Positions 37,606-46,434 of a stretch of DNA of 64,000 nucleotides are shown piece after piece. Position numbers and translations under genes: made by a program. The notes beneath the pieces are model-generated. The model was not told the DNA's origin, did no database searches, and saw only the letters and a list, made by a program, of their open reading frames with translations. Source of the stretch: Nostoc sp. (GTDB lineage Bacteria > Cyanobacteriota > Cyanobacteriia > Cyanobacteriales > Nostocaceae); the NCBI GenBank assembly GCA_036918135.1, contig JBALDB010000009.1, forward strand, positions 1 to 64,000, written 5' to 3'. Within the stretch, counting starts at the first letter, position 1; each line of letters opens with the position of its first letter.

Positions 37606-38058
37606 ATGACAAAAAATCGAGAAGCGAAACCAAAGCAGTCAGGAGGCTTCCGTCCTGGTGCTGGGAGAAAGTTCAAAGGAGTTCCCACCGAGAAGATCCG
37701 GCTCAATAGGGATATGAGGGATAAGCTAAGAAACCATGTAGATTGGCTAGTTGAGACTGGAGGGAAATTTATCTCGCAACAAGAATATAGTTCAAACGTA
37801 ATTCTGAAATACACCTCGGCTTGCTCTAATGATGAAAGCCTGCTAAAAGAAATAGCAGAGGATGTTGCGCCTTCTTATTCTCCGTGGGCAACCCTTACAA
37901 TTACCCAAGAAGCTTACAACGAACTGACTAAATTAGTTCAAAAGATTGAGCCTCTAACACTTGTATATACCAATTTGTCTAATGTTTTTACAGTGATAAT
38001 ACTGAAAGAGATTAGGAAACAGAAAAAAGTAGTGTCTGCACCACGCTCCGAATCTTAG
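37606..38058 (+). CDS. putative DNA-binding regulator (paralog of 5608-6075)
   Basis: GGFRPGAGRK, KLRNHVDWL, ISQQEYSS. Confidence 0.7.
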   Translation: MTKNREAKPKQSGGFRPGAGRKFKGVPTEKIRLNRDMRDKLRNHVDWLVETGGKFISQQEYSSNVILKYTSACSNDESLLKEIAEDVAPSYSPWATLTITQEAYNELTKLVQKIEPLTLVYTNLSNVFTVIILKEIRKQKKVVSAPRSES

Positions 38059-38094
38059 ACTTAAGAAATACTACGTTTTTTCACTTAAATAAAA

Positions 38095-38148
38095 ATGTTG
38101 CAAACAATCAAAATTTATGTTATGATCTAAATGTGGCAAGTATTCAAA
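38095..38148 (+). promoter_or_regulatory. repeated promoter/operator module copy 4
   Basis: TTGCAA-17bp-TATGAT, boxes 36 bp apart. Confidence 0.65.
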
Positions 38149-38169
38149 CTTGCTGTTAGAAAGGAGGAT

Positions 38170-38661
38170 ATGAAAGTTTTTCGACAAATAAATTCCAGTC
38201 AAACGGTTTGGAATTTCATGATATATGAAATCTTTCCTAGTAGATTTCATCTCACGATGATTGATTCAAACAATCATATTTTTTGGCATCGACATTGTTT
38301 TACGAGTTTTGAAAAAGCTAATAGGTTTTTTGAAAAAACCTGCTGCATGATTCGCAGTTACGATTGGCTTTGTGGTGCTGGTGATGCATTAGATTGGTAC
38401 TTTTTTGACAAGTTCTTTCTTCTGGTTGCTGAAGACGCTATTTATAAGCATTGGGCGATCGAGATTATCGAATCTGTTGGTGAATTTCACTTACATCTGC
38501 ACGATCCCTGTGGGGGGCAAGTGGAATTAGATCCAATAAGTATGGATGAGGCAACAAGTTCTGATGCGCTTTTAGCTTGCCAGTTTTATATTGATGGGAT
38601 TGAGCTTTCAAGACATCCCTACCCCGGTCAACTTTCGCTATTTAATTCATCCGAGGTTTAA
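38170..38661 (+). CDS. hypothetical protein
   Basis: AAGGAGG RBS before ATG 38170. Confidence 0.65.
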   Translation: MKVFRQINSSQTVWNFMIYEIFPSRFHLTMIDSNNHIFWHRHCFTSFEKANRFFEKTCCMIRSYDWLCGAGDALDWYFFDKFFLLVAEDAIYKHWAIEIIESVGEFHLHLHDPCGGQVELDPISMDEATSSDALLACQFYIDGIELSRHPYPGQLSLFNSSEV

Positions 38662-38662
38662 T

Positions 38663-40174
38663 ATGACTGTTACATCAGTTGAAGATTCGACGACAACTTT
38701 TACAGTTGGCGATACTGTAGAAATTTTGCGATTGCAAGATCCCAAAAATACTACCTATAACGGAACAGAAGTCCCCATAATTGGATTTAGCGCTAAAGGC
38801 TGGTTAAAGCTCAAATGTCATGACGGAAAAATTGTGACATTGAAGCCTGACTGGGTATCCCTCAAATATTCAGCCCCAGCGGGAACTGAGGCTGAAGAGG
38901 TTGCCGAGGATTCAGCAGTAACCGAGAATGAAGTTGATGTTCCCGATGACTCAGCGGTAACTGAGAATGAAACCGAGGACTCAACGCCAGAACCAGAAGT
39001 CTCCTATCAAGACAAAAGCACTGGTTACTTCAAATTTTCCTGCAATAGTACAGCTTTTGCCAAGGCACTAGCCCAGGTGAGGCGAGTTATCCGCCAACTA
39101 TCGATTCATCCAATTCTCGCCAACGTCAAAATTACGGCTAATGCCCAGACCAAACGGATTGAGTTAATAGGATTCGATTTATCGTTGGGGGTAATTGTTG
39201 ACTTTATCGCTATAGAAGTGCCTGTGGGCGGGAGCTACACGGTTACCGCCTCCATTCTTCACGACATCCTTTACCAGCTACCTGAAGGAACAATTACCCT
39301 AGAGCGTAACGAATCTTCGCCTAAAGCCAAGCTAACCACAGCTAATGGCATATTTGAAATTTCAGGCAAAGATGCCTATGACTATCCGGAATTGCCCATT
39401 CCCAAACAAAACCTCAAGAAGTTTAAATTGAGTGCCAAAGCGCTCAGAATCGGGTTAGGAAGTACTTTATATGCAGCATCTACCGATCCAACAAAATTAG
39501 TTTTGTGTGGAGCACACTTTGTTGTTAGCCCCGATCGCAAGTTACAAATAGCTACGACTGACGGACACCGATTGGCTTTATATAGTTGCGAACTCAACTT
39601 CGCGTCCGAAATTCAAACAGAGCAGCATTTAACAATTCCAGTTCGGACTTTACGCGAGGTCGAACGATACCTAACTAAAGACGAGTCGATAGTCGAGATT
39701 AATTACGAAGCTGGCGAGTCGGGTACTAGCGTAGTCCAAATTCATCTTGAAGAAGCAATTATTGTCGGGCGCGTCCTTGAAGGTGATTATCCTAAATACG
39801 ACTCGCTAATTCCCAAGAAATTTGCGCGAGAAGTTTGGATAGAACGCCTACCTTTGATTGGTTCTGTCGGACGGGTTTCTGTACTGTCGGACGATAAAAA
39901 CAATTTAATTAAGATGTCTGTCGAATCCAAGAAAATCATCTTATCTTCGGAACACGAAGAAGCCGGATCGGGAACTGAGGCAATCCCAGCACAACTATCT
40001 GGAGAGGACATCAAAATAGCTTTCAATGTCAAGTACATCACTGAGGCCTTGAAAAGCATTGGTACTCAAGAAGTAGCAATCAAAATCAATCAGAAGGCTA
40101 CCCCAGTAATTGTCACGCCCCTCAATGGCTATGACATTGTGACATTGATTATGCCCGTGCAGATTCGAGAATAA
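38663..40174 (+). CDS. dnaN: DNA polymerase III beta clamp with N-terminal extension
   Basis: HPILANV, GFDLSLG, DYPELP, ATTDGHRL, GDYPKY, IAFNVKY, LIMPVQIR. Confidence 0.9.
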   Translation: MTVTSVEDSTTTFTVGDTVEILRLQDPKNTTYNGTEVPIIGFSAKGWLKLKCHDGKIVTLKPDWVSLKYSAPAGTEAEEVAEDSAVTENEVDVPDDSAVTENETEDSTPEPEVSYQDKSTGYFKFSCNSTAFAKALAQVRRVIRQLSIHPILANVKITANAQTKRIELIGFDLSLGVIVDFIAIEVPVGGSYTVTASILHDILYQLPEGTITLERNESSPKAKLTTANGIFEISGKDAYDYPELPIPKQNLKKFKLSAKALRIGLGSTLYAASTDPTKLVLCGAHFVVSPDRKLQIATTDGHRLALYSCELNFASEIQTEQHLTIPVRTLREVERYLTKDESIVEINYEAGESGTSVVQIHLEEAIIVGRVLEGDYPKYDSLIPKKFAREVWIERLPLIGSVGRVSVLSDDKNNLIKMSVESKKIILSSEHEEAGSGTEAIPAQLSGEDIKIAFNVKYITEALKSIGTQEVAIKINQKATPVIVTPLNGYDIVTLIMPVQIRE

Positions 40175-40204
40175 TTAGCGATCGCCATTTAGTCTCCCGG
40201 TTAT

Positions 40205-40450
40205 ATGCCGGGAGTTTTGCACCTATCTATGAACGACAGAATTATCAAAGCCGCCCTCATTGCATATTTGAAGACTGATTTAATAGACGAAGAAAGACAC
40301 GAGGTGATAAAGGAGCTGGAGAGCAGGCAAGAAACTTCCAAGCATTTTTGGTCAGATTTGTTAAATCAAGATGAGGATTTAGCTTACCACTACTCAGATG
40401 TTTTAGATTGTCAAGGATCTGGATTCTACGAATCTTTACCAGAGTTTTGA
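40205..40450 (+). CDS. hypothetical protein
   Basis: small operonic ORF. Confidence 0.5.
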   Translation: MPGVLHLSMNDRIIKAALIAYLKTDLIDEERHEVIKELESRQETSKHFWSDLLNQDEDLAYHYSDVLDCQGSGFYESLPEF

Positions 40451-40506
40451 TACAACGACCGTATAACCTTCTTTCTTCAATGTTGGAATAGCTAAACAAT
40501 CAGTTC

Positions 40507-40522
40507 CAGGAAAATTTTCCTG
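40507..40522. repeat. palindrome CAGGAAAATTTTCCTG copy 7
   Basis: exact 16-mer. Confidence 0.8.
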
Positions 40523-40541
40523 CAACTCCAGAACTTCAATT

Positions 40542-41585
40542 ATGAATATGCAACTAAACTTGTTCGCCTCACATCGAGGTGATGAAAACTTGCTTGAGAG
40601 CGTGACGCCTCCCAAAAAGCCAGTCACGCAATCTGACTTAAATCTGGCACAACGGTTTCGAGAGATGGCTGATGCGATGCAAGTCTCCATTGACCAGAGG
40701 CTCAATCCCTCAATTTTAAGTGGCGATTTAACTGCCAGAAAACTAAGGGTTGGGCAAGCTATAGAACGCGAGGGAGAACAACTAGAGGAGGTTCAACAAT
40801 GTCTGCGTCTCGTGGCTGCTGGCTTAGAAAACGGTTCTCTACCCCTAATCTTGACGCAAATTAAAACCCGTACTTTGGTCGAGCAAATTTACAAGGGGCA
40901 TACATACCCTCAAGACCGACTGATGGCAGCAGGACTTACCCCCGAACGATTCCAGCTAGCCCGCAATGCTTTACTAGAGATGTTAAAAGCAAATCCTGTA
41001 GTCATTACCCCTGAGCGCCAAAAGCAACGCCAATTGCGACGATTGCAGCAGTGGGCGGCGGTATCGAATATTCCCGGTTATTTTCCTACACCACCTGATG
41101 TCATCAATTTGATGGTAGAAAAGCTCAAGCTCGCCCCAGGGATGAAAGTGCTAGAGCCTTCAGCAGGTTCGGGACACATTGCCGATGCTTTATCGAAGCT
41201 TGGTTGTGAGGTTGATTGCGTGGAAATTCAACCCGATTTAGCGCAGCTTTTGGGCTTGAAGGGATTTAAAGTTTATAGCCAAGATTTTTTGACCTTCCGC
41301 AGAACCTATTCCCGGATTGCAATGAACCCTGACTTTAAACGCAATGGAGATGCAATTCACATCCGCCATGCTTACGACCGCTGCCTGAGCGAAGGCGGCA
41401 TTTTAGTGGCGATCGCATCTAGTGGAATATTTGACCGCTCTGGAAGGGTTGAATCCGATTTCCGCGATTGGTTTTACAGCGTCGGTGGTACTGCTAAATC
41501 TCTCCCAAACGACGCCTTTAAAAAGGGCGATCGCCCTACAGGAGTTTCTACCAAATTACTCACTTTACGTAAATGTGATGGATGA
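40542..41585 (+). CDS. N6-adenine methyltransferase-like protein
   Basis: YFPTP, VLEPSAGSG, MNPDF. Confidence 0.8.
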   Translation: MNMQLNLFASHRGDENLLESVTPPKKPVTQSDLNLAQRFREMADAMQVSIDQRLNPSILSGDLTARKLRVGQAIEREGEQLEEVQQCLRLVAAGLENGSLPLILTQIKTRTLVEQIYKGHTYPQDRLMAAGLTPERFQLARNALLEMLKANPVVITPERQKQRQLRRLQQWAAVSNIPGYFPTPPDVINLMVEKLKLAPGMKVLEPSAGSGHIADALSKLGCEVDCVEIQPDLAQLLGLKGFKVYSQDFLTFRRTYSRIAMNPDFKRNGDAIHIRHAYDRCLSEGGILVAIASSGIFDRSGRVESDFRDWFYSVGGTAKSLPNDAFKKGDRPTGVSTKLLTLRKCDG

Positions 41586-41994
41586 ACCTGAATTAGCCAA
41601 ATCTTATGAATTCTCCAACTGCCCAATAACTGTAAACTTGCAAATCTTCCCTGAAGATGGCTCCCCTGAAGGACGGCAGATTTTGATAGGTATTCGCAAT
41701 CATCAAGATCCCCCTATTTTTAAAAGCCATCGCTTAAATGATTTTGCTGACATTCCACAATTACTTAATGAATTGTTCGTACAACTTCAAGCCGAATTGC
41801 CAGCAAGATTGGTTGCAGCAATTGAGCGCGAACAGCAGATAGAGCCTTTACCGAAAGATAAAGATTCTGCTGAGAAACCAAAAACTAAATCTCAAAAATT
41901 AAAGCCCAAACTCTTACTGCCAAATATAGAAGTGCAGCCACAGTCTGTAGAGTCAGACGTAGAGCAAACGACACTAAATCTTTTCGAGGAATAA
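41578..41994 (+). CDS. PRTRC protein E-like
   Basis: first gene of E1-E2-JAB cassette; K/P-rich tail ending LNLFEE. Confidence 0.55.
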   Translation: MDEPELAKSYEFSNCPITVNLQIFPEDGSPEGRQILIGIRNHQDPPIFKSHRLNDFADIPQLLNELFVQLQAELPARLVAAIEREQQIEPLPKDKDSAEKPKTKSQKLKPKLLLPNIEVQPQSVESDVEQTTLNLFEE

Positions 41995-41999
41995 AACCA

Positions 42000-42434
42000 A
42001 TGGCAATTATTAAGGTTGACGGACAAGATATCAGAATTGATGATGCGATCGCTCAAAACGACCAAGATTTAAAAAAAGTGATTGTGCCATTTTATCCCCA
42101 GTTAGCTAATGCTGAAATTAAGCGGGAAACCACTGCTGAAGGTCTACTTATTGTGAGAATGATTAAGCAAGCAGGATTTAAAGGGAATGCTGTATTTGAG
42201 TCGCTAAAAAATGCACCTTCACAATTTAACCCGGCAATTGATTTAGCCTGGAGATGCAAGCAAGTATTTTTTACCAATTCTCCAGTCGAACTCAAAGACG
42301 TTATCGATTTACAGCCGCAGATTGAATCGGCATTGAGTTGTGGAAATAAAGAAAATAATGAAATCTGCCGCAGCCTAGATTTTTTGACCCATTGCCCAGG
42401 CGAAGCTAGTAATACCCCAATCGCAGGATTCTGA
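42000..42434 (+). CDS. ubiquitin-like PRTRC protein C with C-terminal extension
   Basis: FYPQLANAEI...KQAGFKG. Confidence 0.7.
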   Translation: MAIIKVDGQDIRIDDAIAQNDQDLKKVIVPFYPQLANAEIKRETTAEGLLIVRMIKQAGFKGNAVFESLKNAPSQFNPAIDLAWRCKQVFFTNSPVELKDVIDLQPQIESALSCGNKENNEICRSLDFLTHCPGEASNTPIAGF

Positions 42435-43213
42435 TGTATTACGAATACACAACTAAGCTGCATCATTTAATCTTGCCTAACAATATAGGCGATGCAGTTT
42501 CTTTTCTCAATAGACTAGATTGGTTAATTAATCTGCACAAGATTTATCAGCATTTTTTCCCTGAAGAATACGCGGCAGATACTTGTGAATGGGCAGCAGA
42601 CAGTAACTTAATCAATGACATAGTGAGCCAATGGGAACTCAATTTATTTCGGCTAATCGATTCTAATTTGTTTTCCTTGCCACAGACGATGTTAGATGGA
42701 GAGGAACCATATCAAATGATTCCTGTTTGGCCAATTTTCTCGGAGTGGTGGAATTCTGATGTAGAGGATTTACCAATATCCTTTCAATTGGTTCTATCCC
42801 TTTCGGGTAATATTGACCCGCCAGTCTTGATGGAAGGTATTTTCCGCGAATCAGAAAATGGAGAATTCGACCTAGAAAAACTCAAGGCTTTGTGCGAAAA
42901 AGTTGAATATCCTCTTTCAGTATTACCCGAAGTCGTAGAGGTATTAGATAACTTTACAAACAACGTTTGGCTCGATTCGACTATAGAGTATTATCCAGAG
43001 TTTGACTGGACTATCGAACAAATAGAAATGCTCAGAGACCATTGGCTAGAAGCTCACACAATTTGTTCTAAAATAGCTGATTTGGATGATTGGCTAGATG
43101 TTGCAGAAAATGTGCTCTTAGCCGTCAATATCTTTCAAGGAGGCTACCAGACTAATACCGAAACCTATAACTCACAGCCTTTACAAACGGTTCTAAGCCC
43201 TTATCTTGAGTAA
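42434..43213 (+). CDS. PRTRC protein F-like hypothetical
   Basis: acidic helical protein between Ubl and E2; called by position. Confidence 0.5.
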   Translation: MYYEYTTKLHHLILPNNIGDAVSFLNRLDWLINLHKIYQHFFPEEYAADTCEWAADSNLINDIVSQWELNLFRLIDSNLFSLPQTMLDGEEPYQMIPVWPIFSEWWNSDVEDLPISFQLVLSLSGNIDPPVLMEGIFRESENGEFDLEKLKALCEKVEYPLSVLPEVVEVLDNFTNNVWLDSTIEYYPEFDWTIEQIEMLRDHWLEAHTICSKIADLDDWLDVAENVLLAVNIFQGGYQTNTETYNSQPLQTVLSPYLE

Positions 43214-43215
43214 CT

Positions 43216-43944
43216 ATGGACAACATAAAACCCGTACAATTTTTACCCGATTCGCTGTTTGAAAGTGCCGCTAATTACCTTGTAGAATCCTCAGCTAATT
43301 CGCCGCCAGCCTTAATATTTTTAGAAGGGCAATACGTGTTTCGCTGGTCACAAGCAGGGAAGATAAAAGCTAAATTAATTTCCAGTTCTTCGGTGCGGGC
43401 TGCCTTTGCCAACGAGCTAATTGACTCTGGTTGGTTGGGAGCTAGTATCGTGCGCTGCGGTGTTTGTAGAAAAGGTAACTGGAGCGTGCGCTTTGCGCCT
43501 CCTAGCAAGCTAAATTTGCTATTGCAATTAGCACAAGAGATTAAAGAAATTACCGTTCCCATGCCCGGGTTAGTATTTTTTGGAATTCATCAAACCTACT
43601 ACATTTGGGCAATTAAGGAAGCTAGTTTTAGCCCGACATCAATCTTGTACCATGCGCCATTACCCAACGTTAGCAGTGATAGGGGCGGAGGACAAATCTG
43701 CTTTGGTGATAATCCACTACCAGTTGCAACTGGCAGCGGTATAGATAAAGCTTGGCAAATATTTTGCAATACCCCTTTTACAGATCATTTGATTAAAGGG
43801 AAGTCAGCCAATTACGGCAAAGACATTCGCTCATTGTTGTTAGCGCTATCTAATAGCAATAAAAATAAATATCCAAGTAAAGAATTGGTTTCTATTTATG
43901 GAGACCAAACCGCTGAGAGATTAATTAATAGGTTCATAAGATGA
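43216..43944 (+). CDS. prokaryotic E2 family D (PRTRC protein B)
   Basis: PMPGLVF, LYHAPLPNV...ICFG, FTDH. Confidence 0.8.
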   Translation: MDNIKPVQFLPDSLFESAANYLVESSANSPPALIFLEGQYVFRWSQAGKIKAKLISSSSVRAAFANELIDSGWLGASIVRCGVCRKGNWSVRFAPPSKLNLLLQLAQEIKEITVPMPGLVFFGIHQTYYIWAIKEASFSPTSILYHAPLPNVSSDRGGGQICFGDNPLPVATGSGIDKAWQIFCNTPFTDHLIKGKSANYGKDIRSLLLALSNSNKNKYPSKELVSIYGDQTAERLINRFIR

Positions 43945-44546
43945 ATTTAGTAAGTTACATAATCGCCACGACGCCCGATTTGCCACCAATAACTGCCCAA
44001 TTGTACGAATACATTTTTGCTGCTAATGGCGTTTTTATTCGAGGAAAACGCTCTGGTATAGAAGTTATGTGTCCGATTGGTGAATGTGAGATTCGTGGTT
44101 TAGCTGAGATTGAGGCTTATTTACGGTGGGAAGGAAAACAAATTCCTTTTTATTTCCTAAACCAAATGCTCCTTGATGCCCAAAGCACCCGTAATGAAGT
44201 GCTTTGGTATCTGTGGCAAGAAACCGATTGGATAATATCTAAACCGGAACAATTAGCCTCGCCGCATTCGGTTACTCCTGTATATCACAGCCTTGTGAAT
44301 ACAGATTATGAAAAGGCAATGGTCGAGGTTCATTCGCATGGAGATATGCGCCCATTTTTTTCTCAACAAGATGATGCTGACGAGCAAGGTTTTCGGTTTT
44401 ATGCGGTTTTGGGTTGTGTGAGGTCGCGCCCAGCAATTAGCATTCGCATTGGTTTAGCTGGCTATTTTTGTCCAATACCCGCGTACATGATTTTTGCAGA
44501 TTTTGACAGTGATTTGATTGAGGATACTTATGAACGAAGTTATTGA
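43941..44546 (+). CDS. JAB/MPN isopeptidase (PRTRC protein A)
   Basis: AANGVF; EVHSHGDMRPFFSQQDDADE. Confidence 0.85.
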   Translation: MNLVSYIIATTPDLPPITAQLYEYIFAANGVFIRGKRSGIEVMCPIGECEIRGLAEIEAYLRWEGKQIPFYFLNQMLLDAQSTRNEVLWYLWQETDWIISKPEQLASPHSVTPVYHSLVNTDYEKAMVEVHSHGDMRPFFSQQDDADEQGFRFYAVLGCVRSRPAISIRIGLAGYFCPIPAYMIFADFDSDLIEDTYERSY

Positions 44547-45351
44547 TACTTCTTTTTTAGAGTCCACTTCCTTGCTCGTTCCCAGCTGGGAGAAGATTGA
44601 ATTTATGCTAGTGGGATGTGGTGGAACTGGAAGCCACTGTGCATATGCGATCGCTAGATTAATGTATGCGATTAATACTACTGGGAAAAAAGCTACTGCC
44701 ACTTTTATTGACTTCGATACAGTAGAAGAGAAAAACATCGCTCGACAGCTTTTTTGTCAGGCAGATTTAGGCAGACCAAAGGCAGAAGTTTTAGCACATC
44801 GCTTGAGCCTGAGTTTGGCACTGGATATTGCTGCTATCAACAAACCTTTCAACGTGGAAATGATTGGTGAAAAAGCAAGTATGAGCTTGGTTGTTATTGT
44901 CGGTTGTGTTGACAATCCGAAGGCTAGATTTGACATTGCTCAATCACTGGAATTAAATGTTCCAGGACAAGCCCATCGGGTTCTATGGCTTGATGGAGGT
45001 AACCACGAACAATCGGGACAAGTACTATTAGGCAATATAGCTAGAAGTGAGAATTTGAAGTACGCCTTCCCCGAACATTTAGATTTTTGTGTAGGCTTAC
45101 CCTCACCAGCTTTGATTCACCCCGAATTACTTTTACCTACTAAAAGCCATAAGAGTGAGAATTTAAGCTGTGCAGAATTAGCCCTAAAAAATACTCAGTC
45201 ATTGTCAATTAATTTTCACGTTGCTGCGGAAATTAATGACTATTTAAGAGGCATAGCTTTTGGTGGATTGCGTAAATTTGCCACCTATTTTGATTTACCG
45301 ACTGGTAGTTCTCGCTCGATTTACATTTCCAAAAGAAATATTTTGAAATAA
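44530..45351 (+). CDS. ThiF/E1 family adenylyltransferase
   Basis: VGCGGTGS, DFDTVEEKNIARQ, GCVDN, SCAE. Confidence 0.88.
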   Translation: MNEVIDTSFLESTSLLVPSWEKIEFMLVGCGGTGSHCAYAIARLMYAINTTGKKATATFIDFDTVEEKNIARQLFCQADLGRPKAEVLAHRLSLSLALDIAAINKPFNVEMIGEKASMSLVVIVGCVDNPKARFDIAQSLELNVPGQAHRVLWLDGGNHEQSGQVLLGNIARSENLKYAFPEHLDFCVGLPSPALIHPELLLPTKSHKSENLSCAELALKNTQSLSINFHVAAEINDYLRGIAFGGLRKFATYFDLPTGSSRSIYISKRNILK

Positions 45352-45397
45352 GTTATTTCTTTATTTCCTCAGTAATTATAGTGAGGGAATATCATAT

Positions 45398-45436
45398 AAA
45401 TCGTGCCAAATTATTAGTAGCCTTTGGCACGATTTA
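45398..45436. terminator. hairpin after the PRTRC cassette
   Basis: AAATCGTGCCAAA...TTTGGCACGATTT. Confidence 0.5.
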
Positions 45437-45444
45437 AATAAGTT

Positions 45445-45813
45445 ATGACAATAAATAAAGACTTACTAACTTCTGCCGACGATTCTCGAAATGCCGAAGA
45501 GAAGGTTTTAGAAGATTCTCAAAATATACAAAAGAAATATTCGGTTGAAGAAAGTCGTTGCCACCAGGGGATAACTTTATTTTTTGGTGCCAACAGAATT
45601 CACCTAGATCCTTTAGAAATATTATTCTTCTTTCTATTGGCATTGCCGATTGGCATCATGATTAGAGATGCACCAAACGCAACTTTTGAAGATGCCATGA
45701 AAGAAGTATTAACTGTGATTACTACAGCAACAGGAATTCGTAAATTTCCTACAGATAAAGCTTATCAGTATCTACTAAAAGTTTCTTTTGACCGCGACGA
45801 CAAAGATGAATAA
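45445..45813 (+). CDS. hypothetical membrane protein
   Basis: hydrophobic segment ILFFFLLALPIGIMI. Confidence 0.6.
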   Translation: MTINKDLLTSADDSRNAEEKVLEDSQNIQKKYSVEESRCHQGITLFFGANRIHLDPLEILFFFLLALPIGIMIRDAPNATFEDAMKEVLTVITTATGIRKFPTDKAYQYLLKVSFDRDDKDE

Positions 45814-45825
45814 TAATTTAAACCA

Positions 45826-46434
45826 GTGCTTGAGCAAGCCGCCCAATACCTTAATCAACTCGTCCTACAAATACTCCAAAGTTTGGGGATTATACGACCT
45901 AAAAAATATCGACCTCCAATCATCAAAAGCGAATATAAAAGCATCTTTTGCCGACTATTGTCCTTGGAAAGCAATACAGCAACAAACGTTGCTATCTGGC
46001 GGGCAATATTGCAATATACCCCTTATGACTTGTTATTTACCTGCGATAGACTCCAGCACTCCCCCACAAGAACTAAACAATTATCAAGAGTATCTGCGGG
46101 ACTTACTCGGCAACAGTTATTACCCATTGGAGACTTCCTTTTTGCAAAGCATCCGTTTGCAACTCATCAAATTGCCATTAACCGTATCAGCCGCTATCCC
46201 GTTAACAATCAAATTAAAGTTGAGTGCTTGGGTTTGTGGCACTTGGATTTGGTGGGAGTCACGGGAATTGCTTGGAGTGCAGGCGATCGCTTTGCTGTGG
46301 CTGTTATCAAATCGCTAGCATTTGATTTACTTAAAAATCACATTGACGACCTTGACTGGACTGAGCGAATTGACACTCATGCCAGGAAGTGCATTGGCGA
46401 TAATCATAATGCCATTGGGAAATTATTAATTTAA
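45826..46434 (+). CDS. hypothetical protein
   Basis: 202 aa; competes with overlapping frame 45788-46318. Confidence 0.45.
   Translation: MLEQAAQYLNQLVLQILQSLGIIRPKKYRPPIIKSEYKSIFCRLLSLESNTATNVAIWRAILQYTPYDLLFTCDRLQHSPTRTKQLSRVSAGLTRQQLLPIGDFLFAKHPFATHQIAINRISRYPVNNQIKVECLGLWHLDLVGVTGIAWSAGDRFAVAVIKSLAFDLLKNHIDDLDWTERIDTHARKCIGDNHNAIGKLLI

Noticed and set aside
45788..46318. Alternative-frame ORF
   Set aside because: Overlaps 45826-46434 on the same strand with less protein-like composition; not firmly resolved
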